DNA of 61,888 nt, filler included, from Asterionella formosa (GCA_002256025.1; 22 parts of 22 records of this genome joined end to end with filler, not necessarily neighbours in it); one strand, 5' to 3'; shown: positions 1 to 12,328, counted from the first letter of the whole stretch. Notes: generated by a model not told the origin, from the letters alone. Translations and numbers: made by a program.

Positions 1-91
1 GAATATAATGATGGTCTTGATATCAAGCAACAACAAAATATAATTACCGGGAAACTAAATATAATATTAAAAACACACATTTGCATGAATC

Positions 92-975
92 ATGTCGTCG
101 CCATTTGATTTACTTGATGATAATGACGATGACAGTAGTGATCTTGATTTCTTCTTCCTCTGTCATTTAGCTAAGGAAGCAGAGGAAAAAGAACACTCAT
201 CCAAACGACAAAGGCGACGCTGTAAACGGCAGCTTCAGTCATCTGAACGACGACGACAACGAAGGCACAAGTGGCACCACGAAAGAATCTCCTGGCAATC
301 ACATGTCGAGAAACTCAATCACGAGATTGCTTTCGAGAAGACATACAGAATGTCACACAGAGCATTCAAAAAACTCACCTCCATGCTGGAAATTCAGATT
401 GCAGGGAATTATTCCAAATGTGGCACTTCTGAGCCCATAATTCCCGAAATTGTGGTAGCCATTGGTTTGCGATGGCTGGCTGGTGGCAGTTACATCGACA
501 TTCGTCATGCCTACGGTTGTAGCATTGCTTCACTTTATCGATGTCGTGATTTGTTCATTGATGCTGTACTAAACTGTGAAGAACTCGAAATTATTTTTCC
601 AAAAGAATAAGAAGAATTTATCAAATTGGCTTCCAGCTTTGAATGCAAAAGCTCAGAGGGCATGATGAGAGGATGTGTTGGTGCTATTGACGGCTTCCTT
701 GCCACCATCAACCGCCCGACTATAGTTGAAAGTGGCAACAACCCTGGTTCATTTTTTTCCGGTCACTACATGACTTATGGAATCAATGTCCAGGCTGTTT
801 GTGATGCTGACTCAAGATTTATTTATTTTGGTGTAATTGCACCGGGAAAATGCAGTGACCAAGTAGCTTTTGAAAAAACTTCCATTTTCGATCAAGTTGC
901 AGCATTCAACACAGGTTTTTATCTGGTCGGCGATGCAGCTTACACATTGTCTGATGTAATGCTTGTTCCCTTTAG
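92..975 (+). mobile_element. PIF/Harbinger (HARBI1-like, DDE_Tnp_4) transposase, disrupted and 3'-truncated
   Basis: Motifs YRMS..F..L, GLRWLAGGSY, GCVGAIDG, INVQAVCD, PGKCSD, YLVGDAAY, LVPF. ORFs 92..610 and 626..1027 share a frame and are split by TAA at 608-610. Similarity ends after LVPF. Confidence 0.9.
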
Positions 976-1214
976 CATCAGAAGTTTCAGCCGTACCCAC
1001 TACTTTGCTGCTCATTGCGCCAATTAATCGAGATATAGTCGATGTCGGAAGATTGGTATAGAGATGAGCGGACTACTGATTCTTGTATGACTCACGAAGC
1101 TGAAAGGTAATGTATACAGAGTACCGTAGTATATATATAACAAAAAATAGTTGGCGCAATATTTAATAGTGTTGTGCTTGCGTATTTACAGTTATTTTAT
1201 CAGTGGCAACGGAC

Positions 1215-1620
1215 GTGATACACAGTGATCAACGGCTTGATCAGTGATACAGCATTGGTCAGGGGTCCAAAAACTGTATCAGTGATACACCCATGATACA
1301 CCGGTGATCAGACCAAAAAAACCGTTGGTGATACACAAAAAAAAACCAAACCGCCATTTTTGTATCATATTTCGGCGATGATACACCAATGACAACAAAT
1401 AACAGAATGATAAGAACGGCCCTAATACAAGGTGAAAACAACTCCGGGTATCACTCCAATTCAAGATGTTCCTTTATTTGTCCTGAGAATCCTGTGCAAC
1501 ACAAGGTATTCCCTGTATTGGATTCTGTTTATTTCCCAATACAAGGTGGCAACATTTTGCAAATTCAAGGTCGCCCCTGTATTGGGTTTTGGTGGGACTA
1601 TGTCCCAATACAAGGTCATA
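1215..1620. repeat. Cluster of short direct and inverted motifs (GTGATACAC; CCCAATACAAGG/CCCTGTATTGG), subterminal-repeat-like
   Basis: Several TGATACAC copies at 1215-1390. CC(C/T)AATACAAGG near 1420, 1535 and 1604, with inverted CCCTGTATTGG near 1511 and 1576. Confidence 0.6.
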
Positions 1621-1759
1621 AGTTCCAATACATGGTGACGATATTTTGCAATTCAAGGCTGACCCTGAATTGGCCTATAGTGCTGGTAAAGTGTAGATAC
1701 AATATCAAAGTAATGTATATTGATTAAACAAAACCTTTATTTTTGATTTATATAATTGT

Positions 1760-2160
1760 TCAGAAATGTATACTATCTGATTGGTTAACCAATATGTCCT
1801 TCATTTTTGTGTCTAGTTGCTTAGTAGAAATGCTGTTGATGATGTCGCCCCTTGTGGCTTTGCTGTTGAACGCGATATCGATATCGTCACAATCGTAGTT
1901 AGCCGTTGCTCTGTCGATGTTGTGCATTGTCTGCTTCTCCAATTCTTGTTCCTTTTGCATTCTTTTGCGATCGGATTTAAAAAGTGTTTGGTTGATTTTT
2001 CCAACGTTGCTGATTTGTAAGCGAAGCAAAGTGGTTTGTTTTATTTATTATCAACTATTGGAACCGGAAGTCTCTGTAGTGGGAATACTAATATATTCTT
2101 TGTTCCTTGATCTAGTAATAAAGTTATCTTTTCTATACTTGCCTTCATACTTGGCTGAAA
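1760..2160 (-). pseudogene. Fragment of an uncharacterised transposon-associated gene, homologous to 57850-58640
   Basis: LFKSDRKRMQKEQELEKQT..RATANYDCDDIDIAF aligns by eye with LLKSDKKIIQK/EEELKKKT..RAQSNYERDDVDLAF on contig 21. Both also carry a TTTYAG|CCAAGTATGAAGGC acceptor-like junction. Confidence 0.6.
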
Positions 2161-2724
2161 AGTGTTCTCTTTTCAAATATATTGTATGATGCATCATATT
2201 TTGAAGTGATGCCATACCTTCAATTATGCAAGCAGCCAAAATTTTAAATTCGGCTACCAAAAAATTAATTTGCATGATCACATTTGTCAATGGCTGGGTG
2301 CATTCTAAAACTACATTAGGTAGCCACCGTAGCTTTCTTTACACCATAATTTTAGCTTAAGTAGAATTTTGATTTTGTAAACAAATAACATTCAGGTGAA
2401 TAAATTGTATGTATACATTTAAATAATTTTACCATCTGATCTTGTTGTTGTTGAGGTTGAGGTTCTGTTCCTTCATGATGAACTTAAAATCGAAGTCCAT
2501 TGCACAGTGATGGTTATGACATCATTGTAGTAGCTTCATTGTAACTGCTAGAGGACCGTATTTGAGACATTCCTGTACAGTTTCATCTCCAGACAACCCA
2601 CTGTCAAACTCAAGAGCTTTTGCACATGAATTGGTTGGTCATGTAGGCATGTATTTGCCATGCTCAACACTAAATAGTCATAGATAAACCAAATCATGTG
2701 CTCCCTCGCTACTTGATTTGTTTA

Positions 2725-2824
2725 NNNNNNNNNNNNNNNNNNNNNNNNNNNNNNNNNNNNNNNNNNNNTTAATTAATTAANNNNNNNNNNNNNNNNNNNN
2801 NNNNNNNNNNNNNNNNNNNNNNNN
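2725..2824. other. Artificial contig spacer (44 N + TTAATTAATTAA + 44 N); first of 21
   Basis: Identical 100-nt spacers start at 2725, 5549, 8371, 11193, 14015, 16836, 19657, 22478, 25299, 28116, 30931, 33746, 36561, 39376, 42191, 45006, 47825, 50639, 53452, 56265, 59077. The 12-mer gives stops in all six frames. Confidence 0.99.
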
Positions 2825-2829
2825 GATCT

Positions 2830-2952
2830 GGCGAGAAACTGCAGAAAGGAACTTCGGTTTTTTAACTATGCTGAAAATAGTGGATTTTACCGGGCTAACT
2901 CGTTTATTTGGCCTAGTAAAAAAACCGAAGTTCCTTTCTGCAGTTTCTCGCC
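2830..2952. repeat. 123-bp foldback element with 39-bp inverted arms (mini-MITE-like)
   Basis: GGCGAGAAACTGCAGAAAGGAACTTCGGTTTTTT(A/T)ACTA at 2830-2868; its reverse complement ends at 2952 (1 mismatch). Confidence 0.85.
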
Positions 2953-3314
2953 GAAAGTTAACTTCTGGGGCTATATGAAGATTACCTATGTACTTAACTC
3001 TTCTTCAAACCCTGCCAACGTTGAGCTATCGTCGTCCAAAAATTCGACAATATCGGCCTTTTCAACGGTCACCCAAACGTCGGAATCAGAATCACTAATC
3101 GCCGAAACGTCATCATCGGAATGGTAGTCTTGTGCTAAAATTTGTAGTCGTAAAATCTCATGTACAAAAAGTTCCAATGTAATTGCCCGCTGTAATAATC
3201 ATATTCTGATTGGTTATCCTTACATCCGTTCGATTGGCACGGTTTGCGAGGTCGTGCAATCCCACGCCGGCCACACTGGATACACATGAAGCATTTTCTT
3301 GGGTGTTGGCCGAT

Positions 3315-3426
3315 CCTACCCGTATACCGGTATCCGTACGGAGTGGGAATATCGAGTACCGGGTAGGTTTACCCGTATACCGGAATCCGTACGGAGTAGG
3401 AATACCGAGTACCGGGTAGACCTACC
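3315..3426. repeat. Tandem duplication of a ~53-bp unit
   Basis: TACCCGTATACCGG.ATCCGTACGGAGT.GGAATA.CGAGTACCGGGTAG at 3317 and 3370. Confidence 0.85.
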
Positions 3427-3901
3427 GGCTCCAGGTAACTGATCATCATTCGTCATAGTAAATGGTAGTGCACGCTAACCAGTACCTTAGTACCGATAGT
3501 TTGCAAATTCAAATATGTTTTGCAGCCGCCGGGTCGTGCATGTGAAACATATCTATGATACGAGTAGGTATACTATCGGTAGAACAGCAATATTAAACAT
3601 TCAGCGATGAAGAATCTATCTTTACATATTTTATGCATTTGAAATGGAATCTATATACGTACGCGCAAATTTCCACTCATTTGAATTTTTCAAACGGAAT
3701 CATTGATATTCAAATTAGCGCATAAAAGTTCTTAGTTCCAGGGAATTTCGGCAACCCTAAGCAATTTTTTAATTTTTGCCTAGGGGTTCAAATGCAGGAA
3801 CCTTAAACCCTACTAGCCTACATAGTCTTCGTATAAACCACCAATACTTTTTTGCCACACGAATTTTAGTTGACTCCTCCACGACACTGCCGTGCTAACG
3901 C

Positions 3902-4338
3902 ATGCACATCATTGTGTTCGAATTGACTCTGATGCCTCCTCAACCAAAGCTGTCAGAACCTACTGGGGACAATACAGAGGAGGGAGATGAAAATTTATCC
4001 GACGTCAATCTAATGGATCAAGTCACATTTGATTCTCGGGAAAAATGCATTGAAGCTGTGACCAAGTATTATAAGGATATGTAAGCTCTGGAACATTCCA
4101 AAGCACCGATTTTCACGAGCATTGGATGCTTCAGCATGAGACTTCATCCCCAGCAGCCAATGTCTCCTCTCCACGACAGAAGCGGCTGAACTCAATCCAA
4201 GAGACCCTATATTCGGTAGATGCTGATCAAGTTCCCGTTTTATTGCAAAGACTTGAGGAAGCCACTTCTCGACCGCTACATATGCTTTCAAATCCAGTGG
4301 TCAGTGTAGTTAGGAAGCGTGGACGTCCTCCAGGCTAA
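3902..4338 (+). mobile_element. Possible internally deleted Mutator-like (MULE) transposase remnant
   Basis: TFDSREKCIEAVTKYY resembles the MuDR/FAR1 N-terminal FxSxExxxxxxxxY motif, and NPVV...KRGRPPG resembles the C-terminal AT-hook. No catalytic core is seen. Confidence 0.35.
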
Positions 4339-4340
4339 CC

Positions 4341-4398
4341 GTTGACCCAAACCAAAACCCAAAAACTTTTTTTTGGATTGGTTTTGGTTTTGGTCAAC
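4341..4398. repeat. Hairpin with 19-bp arms immediately after the stop of the MULE-like remnant
   Basis: GTTGACCCAAACCAAAACC ... GGTTTTGGTTTTGGTCAAC (1 mismatch). Confidence 0.7.
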
Positions 4399-4779
4399 TG
4401 ACGAAAAAACGATGCTATCGGTTTTTGGGAAATCCTAAATGCTGTCAACCACCCATCTACTGTGACGTAGGATGACAAAACCATTATAAAAAAAGTAAAA
4501 TATTTCTATTAGACTAGTTATATAAATGAAATATTATTATTCCCATTTGGGAATTAGTTAGTTTTTCCCGCAATTTGAGCGATGTTGCTGTCTTGTCATT
4601 GAACTACTTGGTACCTGGTACCAGGTACCGGTACCATGGTGGTACACACCGGTAAATGTACCAACAATCCTTTGCTGGCCTCATCAAGTGGTGCGATCCA
4701 CAAAAAATCTTTTCCTTGACACGAAATATACATGTATGGCATCATGAGAATCACTACTGTGTCTGCCTTCACATTGAAG

Positions 4780-5548
4780 GAACCAAGAAAGTAGTTACCA
4801 ATCAAAAAAAGGAAGATATTGATCGTTTCGGACCTGCAAAGTGGGACAAATATGCTGACTTTGGAGATGAATTCGATGGAGGTGATGGCCAAATGGGTGT
4901 GGCTGGAGATGGTAAGAAAGGTCTCGAGAAGTTTGGAAGTGACGTGTCCCCTTCCTTCGCGAAGTCCAAGACGATGAGTGCCAAGAACGCATGGGGTACC
5001 TCGACGGGATACGCTTCTAACTTGATTGAAAAAGGAGTAGAAGTAGTTCGGGCGCAGCAAATGTAGAACTGGATGAACCAGCAGGAACTCCGCCGAAAGA
5101 AGAATGCGCACAGGGAACTGACTGAAAGTTTTGACTCCGTGTCCACCGAAGAAGACTGGCGGGCTCTTGCCAAGTTTGGAGTTCAGAGGAATCAGGTATG
5201 GTCATTAAAGATTGACTTAGAATTATTTAATTTTTGATCAGTTGTTATGCAATATCTAACTCGAGGTCTCTCGCAAAACTACAGGATTTCGATTTTGAGA
5301 AAGCATTTGGTGCTGTTGTCCTGGATAGCAAACTATTGAGCTCGTCTCCCGCATTGTAAAGATCCGAATTCACGAATTCAATCTAAAGAATGAGTATCAT
5401 GGGATACGCTGATTTTCGGGCGGCCTTACTTCGGAAACTCCAGGTGATTTCACTGTTGTTCCTTCGGAAGGATCATTGAGCAGCAAGGAAGGAATTGACT
5501 TCGTGGTCAAGTTCAAGCCCACTAATCCTGGGGCAGTGGACGGCTATC
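4780..5548 (+). pseudogene. Decayed, intron-containing copy of a probable conserved algal hypothetical gene
   Basis: Protein-like reading DEFDGGDGQMGVAGDG...RAQQM*NWMNQQE with TAG at 5064-5066. GT-AG intron 5196-5284, then frameshifted DFDFEKAFG/TIELVSR/MGYADFRAA/FTVVPSEGSL...FKPTNPG running off the contig. Confidence 0.65.
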
Positions 5549-6093
5549 NNNNNNNNNNNNNNNNNNNNNNNNNNNNNNNNNNNNNNNNNNNNTTAATTAA
5601 TTAANNNNNNNNNNNNNNNNNNNNNNNNNNNNNNNNNNNNNNNNNNNNGGTACCAGGTACCGGTATCGGGGAGGATGGAATAAACAACGTTAAAATAGTA
5701 TGGTGCACAACACACAGATACCGGTACTGGTATCTAGCACCAGGTACCAGTTACCGGTAGAGGAGTGATCGAAGTGCTGTGAAATAAATAAAAAAATTTC
5801 TGTCAAACGCCGTTGCTTTTCAGGACCTGGGTAAGCGTCGACACAGGTACCCTGGTACGAAACTACCTACAGCTCTTCTATCGGATTGGAAATAACGCCT
5901 CATTCTTCTGTTCTTGTCGACTGCCTGATGTCGATATAATACCGGTATGTATGTATGCATGTGTTTATGTGTGTATACATGTATGTATGTACAACACACA
6001 GTGTGTGTTACCTGGTACCAGGGTAATACCGGTATGAATATCATGTAGTTCCTATTTTGAGAGCATGCATATCCTTTTCATATTTCTTGCTGG

Positions 6094-6353
6094 TGAAGGC
6101 AACACACGCCCGGGGTGGTTTCATGACTGCGAGTACACTTTCTCGTACCCATGTGGACTCGGCTGGGATGGCACTTGTAGGGTGACTGTCTTGCATCAAC
6201 CTACTTTCACCACCCAGTCTCGAACACACACATGTATACTCGCAGGCATGAGACCACCTTGGGCGTGTATTGCCTTCAGCAATACTCTTCTCAGTGGCTA
6301 CTTGCCTTCTTCTATACATGTGCACTTGGCTGGGATGGCACTCGTAGAGTGAC
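6094..6353. repeat. Composite A-B-A'-B repeat (45-bp inverted pair plus 37-bp direct pair)
   Basis: A 6094-6138 vs inverted A' 6234-6278 (39/45). B 6150-6186 vs 6317-6353 (33/37). Confidence 0.85.
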
Positions 6354-6399
6354 CTTCTCACAGTGGTGCCACCGATGATGATGAAATTATGCATGTATA

Positions 6400-6485
6400 T
6401 TTATCATTTTTATAGCACATTCTTAGTACAAGTCTATTTCTAGATGTGCAATTGTTGCACTCCACGGCCCATAGAAGGTGGGCAG
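6400..6485 (-). pseudogene. C-terminal fragment of the accessory gene family also at 57850-57930
   Basis: HLLWAVECNNCTSRNRLVLRMCYKND vs HLLWAMEHNEDKSRNRLVRMRNKND, with matching DNA. Confidence 0.6.
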
Positions 6486-7748
6486 TGGAGGGTTTTAGGG
6501 TTATGTATCACTTCCTCATGTGGAAGAATTGGTAAAAAGCGATTCTCTTGGGCTACACTCCTCATCATATGATTTGGAGAATTGGAAATTTAGGGTTGTT
6601 TGGGTGAAAGAACTCCCTTTTTTGCCACACTTCCTGCTGTTGTGTCTTTTGTTTTTCCTGTAATTTTGAAGCAAAATAAGCTTGAATTGATTTTTGTCCC
6701 GTTTCGGCTGCTCACTTTGATGCAGCAGACGCACATTTTGCCTGTTCTAAAAATTTTAATTTTTTGCTGAGCCTCACTATCAATAAATCTTCTATCTTTG
6801 TGCCTGAAATTATGCATATAGTATAAATGGCTGGGTGCAATTTCTTGGGCCACCAGGTAGACCCCGTTGGCATTGTATTAGCGAAACCCCTGACCCTAGC
6901 TACTGTATATAATATTTTACGCCTTAAAACCCTTGTTAAGGTTGTGGCCCCGGCTTAACCTAGTTTGGAGCAAGAAATCGCTAGGGTTGGAAAATCGGCA
7001 TGGAAGAGGGATTTCATTGCTGTGTATTCCCATGATTAGAGTGTCCGTTCGAATAATTAAATTGAATAGAAATCGGTGCCAGATTGGTAGAGTTCCATTG
7101 CAAACAAACAAACATGATATTTACACGATTATATTATATCTTCGTTGGTGTATTTAGATCGTATATTACTCCATGCCAAAACAGATATATTAATCAGTAG
7201 TATGCTGGTAGTAAAATCATGGGTCTTGTTCAAACGACAAAAGAAATGATATTTATATCCTCATATTGAATCAACGTTGCTGGATGTAGATTAAATTTTC
7301 TGCGCCCAAAAGCATCTATATACCAGTCAATCAGTGCGTAGTATCGATATGTAATATTGGTTCATGAAGATGGGAAAACTAGTACCGGTACCAGCAGTAT
7401 ACAGTACATCTAATACATGTGGTTCAAGTATGGGTGGCTAGCGTGATTTTACAAGATCGGGAGACTCCAGCCAATTTGGAGCAGGTGAGTAATTTTTATT
7501 TAGCCAATCAGAATATGTGTTGTAATGCGGGAACTTACCATGGAGTCTTTTCGGACAGAATTACGCAGGAATATATACCTACGCAAGACTCCCATGTCTA
7601 CGAGAACGTTTTCGCACGTAAAAATTGGCGACTGCTGAAAAATCCGATTGGGTCGACTTTTCGGAAGAGGATTGCTCTACATCTGTTGGCTTTTATGAAG
7701 GTTAAAGTATACAGCCGTGATACATATAACGTCAAGGATTAACTTCTG

Positions 7749-7847
7749 GAGAGAAGTGGCAGTTGTACCTCGTGTATATTTTAGAATGCTTCGTTGCCCC
7801 TTTTTTGACTATTTACGATTCCTAGAGGGATAACTGCCACTTCCCTC
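7749..7847. repeat. 99-bp foldback with 23-bp imperfect arms
   Basis: GAGAGAAGTGGCAGTTGTACCTC (7749-7771) vs GAGGGATAACTGCCACTTCCCTC (7825-7847), 20/23. Confidence 0.7.
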
Positions 7848-8470
7848 AAGAAATGAGGTCCTTACCATATCTGAATATAGAACAAACCCCTAAGTCGAGC
7901 AATGACTGAATCTAAGCATGATATGCAAAGTGGTTCTATCATTGCTTGGTGAAATTTATTTTACTTTTAACTATTTTATTTTGTTGTACATAATGTTTGG
8001 ATTGAGGTACATCATAAAAAGATTTTGGGAAAGTGCAAAACTCGCAATGTGTAACTACGGAGCCGCAACCCACCTTAAAAGCACATTGACCATGTCGGTA
8101 TTATTCTGTTGATTTACTCAACAATTCTACAACCTATATATCAAATGACAAAAATAAATTATTCCATAATGCAAATCTGAAATAATATTTTATTATTATC
8201 AGATGACGCCCGGTGGTGAGGAGGGCACTTGTCCTCAGAGATGACCTAGTATGTACCTTAAATTTTATCATCCTCCTCTGAACAAGGCAAGCTGGAATCT
8301 GGAGTGTCCAGTATTTGAATAATCTGCTATTCTTATTTTATTGGGTAAACCTGACTACTGGTATATTGTANNNNNNNNNNNNNNNNNNNNNNNNNNNNNN
8401 NNNNNNNNNNNNNNTTAATTAATTAANNNNNNNNNNNNNNNNNNNNNNNNNNNNNNNNNNNNNNNNNNNN

Positions 8471-10400
8471 TGGCCAAGAGGTGCATGATTATACCATTTG
8501 AAGGGAGCAAGTTTGTCATTACTTTGTTGTATCATGGATTTTACGTAGACAACTTCATCCTTCTTGAAAGAAGAGTTGCAAGGAACTCGTCCAAATACTT
8601 CGTTCAACATTTTTAAATCTAAAGAGGATGTCAATATTTTGTCGATACAAAATTGAAGAACAATTATTTCCAACTGAAACATATCCTCACAAGAATTTGT
8701 CGTTGTCACTTGAGGCCAAACTGTTCCAAGATGAAAGTATGTTGACTTGGTTGGTGGGTCAGATGTAATGGATAAGAAATCGTCTGTTCGATCTGTTGCT
8801 ACCACCTGACGTTTTAAAACTTTCCAGGACTCAGTCTCCAAACGGAAATGTGACCGTTTGCCAAGAAATTTGGTTTTTCCATTCCTTTCTAATTGCAATA
8901 GAGTTTCCAACACTTTCACAATTGTAAAAGGTCCACATGACCATCCACTGTCATCTTCTGGTTGAAATAACATGGAATCATGTTCAGTGGCCATACTGAT
9001 CTGCAATGGTGCTTTGGTGCCAGTATAGAAAGATTCCGAGAACCCAATTTCTTCAGGTATATGGAATTCTTGTGGAAGATATCCTGTATCGGTGCATAAC
9101 AATTCCTATTCTTTTCTGCATCCGGGGATGATGCAGTTCTTACGGGCAAGGTGAAATACTTGATCATAATGTTCATCCAAACTTGCATCTTTTCTTGGAT
9201 CACGGACTTGACATAATCCATCATTTATAGCAAAAAGATAATGCACAAAAGGATTGTTTTCCTCCTCATCTGATCTTTTGCAATACACAATTAGCACATA
9301 GTTACTTTCGTGATGAAGTGAATGAAAATCACCTTGGTATATATATGGATTGTTATTACCCTTTTCTGGGTTCTCATCAAGATCATATATAAACTTTACA
9401 TCACTTGGATGAAGTTCATGAATTATATAATGGATCATAGAGCAAGGTAATTGTTTCAAGGTCCCAATATGCAAGATCTTTAAAATCTGAAGATGGGGAT
9501 TTTTTGATACTACCTTTGACTCCATAAAATACAGAGGCGTAATTGCATATATCTTGCGGGGTACGAGTGTACAACTCTTTCCACAATTTTAGTTGTCCAT
9601 GCGATTTCGGCAAACTCAAGGAAAATGCCGTTTGCTTTGGCATAAAAACTCTACACATTTCACATGCCGACTCTTCACAAAAGTAGCTGCCTCCGGGATT
9701 GTTTTCAATGATTTTACAAAGAAATTCTTTTTCTTCCATGTATGATTTGGAAAAAGATTCAATTTTGTGTTCCTGACTTGCTTCGTTCCCTAATCATAGC
9801 ATCAACTACCTTAGCCAGCATCACATCTCTGTCTGCAATGATCTTCTTGAATTCGAGGTCTTAATCTAGCTCAGACTTTTTCTTGAATATCATTTCTTTT
9901 AGAAATGCAACAGTTTCTCTGCTTTTATGATGTTCATGTTGATGTTCTGGACGGATAGTGAGATATGTTTCTTGGTTTTGCAACTTTTCAACCATTTCTA
10001 CTTCTGAAGTGTTGTCTGCCACATTTCCGCCGATACTTTCATTCATCGCATGAATTTGTTCATCAAATGAATGAGAATCACTGAGTTCTTCTTCATTATC
10101 AGCGATTTCGGGAGAATGAGGAGCAAAATACAAGACTGGACGGTGGAACTGTGACTCTGTACGAATAGAGTCTTCATCCACGAAGACCAACTGTTTGGGT
10201 TTCCTCTTCGAAAGCAATCTTTCCTTCTTTTCAACCTCAGCCACTATTGTTCGGTTGGCATACTTCATTATTTTTTCTGGAGTATTATGAATCTGTTCAA
10301 ATTCGTTTGATCTTTCAGTGTATTCAAAGGAATCTTCGATTGATTTCATAAGTTTCTTCATCTTCTTTTCCGAAAACATAAAGTCGTGTAGTGTCAACAA
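8471..10400 (-). pseudogene. Frameshifted large protein with a Ulp1/C48-like cysteine peptidase domain, probably transposon-borne
   Basis: Consecutive minus-strand ORFs 9861..10400, 9416..9739, 9106..9525 and 8471..9102. His (VHYLFAI), Asp (VRDP) and QPEDDSGWSCGPF occur in the Ulp1 H-D-Q-C order. Confidence 0.5.
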
Positions 10401-10801
10401 TGGAAGTAAGTCACGTTTCTTGTTTGACTCATCCTTTGCATGAAATCAATGAAATGCCATTTGTTAAGTTGTCGAAGGGCCAGAAGACTATGATGTAAAA
10501 CAGTGGAAGGGAAACGCGCAGCTTTTCGCGGAGCTTTTTGCGGCGCCTGTGGAGGTGGATCTGGTGTGATGGTAACCGAGTGTAGTAATTGTTGAACAGA
10601 GCACAGTGTAATATGCATGTTCCGCCAGCGTAGTGTTTACACAATACACATGCTGGCACATATATAGCTAAAACAAGGAAAGACGACACGAAAATGAACG
10701 TGATGGCCGGTTGTTGAGGATACCGGTATGTGATATGCATCAATCCATATCACAAATCATATTATAGTGATGTACATATCATCGCATCCGTATACTTAGA
10801 T

Positions 10802-10880
10802 CCTATCCACTGTATAATACTATCATATTAACTGTTGACTTTAACTGTATATATTAAATGACAAACATATATATTAATTA
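10802..10880. repeat. Dispersed ~80-bp AT-rich repeat, inverted copy at 61307-61388
   Basis: CTATCCACTGTATAATACTATCATATTAACTGTTGACTTTAACTGTAT... matches the reverse complement of 61307-61388. Confidence 0.85.
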
Positions 10881-11639
10881 ACATACTTTATGATTGCTTG
10901 ATTTATATTCTATGATGTCTTGGTCACACTTGCGTACATATTTTATTGTATTTTATTGTCATTGTACTATTTTTACATGATCATATTTTGATCAAAATTA
11001 TATCATATATATTTCATAAAATCATCATAATTTTATGATCAATGTATCATAGCTATGTGATGTATTTTATTCAATATTACGTATCATACTTTGGTGATGT
11101 ATGCATCGATGTAACCTTATCATGATATCACAGTATCATCTTATCAATCATGATGAGATGATTGGGAAGCAACTGTATTCTGCATTGTGCTANNNNNNNN
11201 NNNNNNNNNNNNNNNNNNNNNNNNNNNNNNNNNNNNTTAATTAATTAANNNNNNNNNNNNNNNNNNNNNNNNNNNNNNNNNNNNNNNNNNNNTCCTACTT
11301 TAGTATCATGGCTATACTGGAATAGCAAGGATTTCAGAAAAAGTGTTACGTTTTTGACTACCAGTACTGGTAGTTTGAGTCATGGTGGTTACATCCTTGT
11401 TTGTCTTTTTGATCAAGCAAGCATTCGCCTAATTTCTGTGTGGCTAAAAAAATTCATCTCAGCATCTTACTGGCGGTTTTTAATGGTTCTTGCGCACAGT
11501 CAGTACCTGCACATACTAGGTGGAATGGCGCTTATGATCAGAATGTATACTTTGCCTCGAAGCAAACGAACGAAAAGCGTGTTTTGGCCAATCATAATAC
11601 ACCTTTGCCAGTATATGTAGGTACCAAGTACTTTGACCT

Positions 11640-12110
11640 GAAAAATCAACAAAACTGGCAGCCCTACCACTATCAAATATCCAACAAGACTACAGGCAAA
11701 AAGCACCCAAAGCCTCTCGAAGGCAAAGGAGGAAGACATCTACCAAGGAAAAAGACAGCAACAAAACCACCAAGAAGAAATGATAGAGACAAATCATACC
11801 ACTCTCCAGTTCATAGAGCCGGAGCACAAAGACATCCAAGTAGCAGAACACACACAATCAGGGCAGGTCTCATGGTCACACACAGATAAAACACAACTGA
11901 GAAACCAAGAAAACAAATCACAAAAGATAACAAGCAATTCACAACAAAACTCAGAAAAGCGCAAGACAACCAGCCAAAGGTTACAATCAAAGATACAGGC
12001 AACAACAAGAAATCCAGACATAGAGTCTCAAATCACATGGGGAGACAAACCCATAGCCATAGAGGACAGAACCCTCAGACTCAAGTTCCAAAACATCAAG
12101 GGGCTACTTC
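11640..12110 (+). mobile_element. Non-LTR retrotransposon fragment (start of APE endonuclease domain)
   Basis: A/C-rich strand reading ...ITWGDKPIAIEDRTLRLKFQNIKGL, matching the LRxxFQNIxGL APE start of diatom LINEs. It ends abruptly against LRR units. Confidence 0.65.
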
Positions 12111-12328
12111 TCCATAGGAAAAAAGTATTATTGTTCAACAAATATATCGGTAGAACAGTAAAAATTGTCAATAGTCCAATCTCTGTGGGAAGTGTGCCAG
12201 TGAAAGTATTGTTCAACAAATATAGATCAGTAAAAATTGTCAAGAGTCCAATCATGCCTACATATTTTATCTAATCCTAGCAGCATTCTGTGCATAACAC
12301 ATATGGACCACTATTATGTCATCAGTAA

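Noticed and set aside
2769..2780. Regularly spaced TTAATTAATTAA motif every ~2.8 kb
   Set aside because: Artificial linker inside N padding. ORFs ending in X...LIN or X...N are artefacts of it.
6150..6353. TCCCAGCC/GGCTGGGA words suggesting an HDV-like ribozyme
   Set aside because: The required L3 and nested pseudoknot pairings could not be built, and there is no CUGANGA/GAAA hammerhead core with stems.
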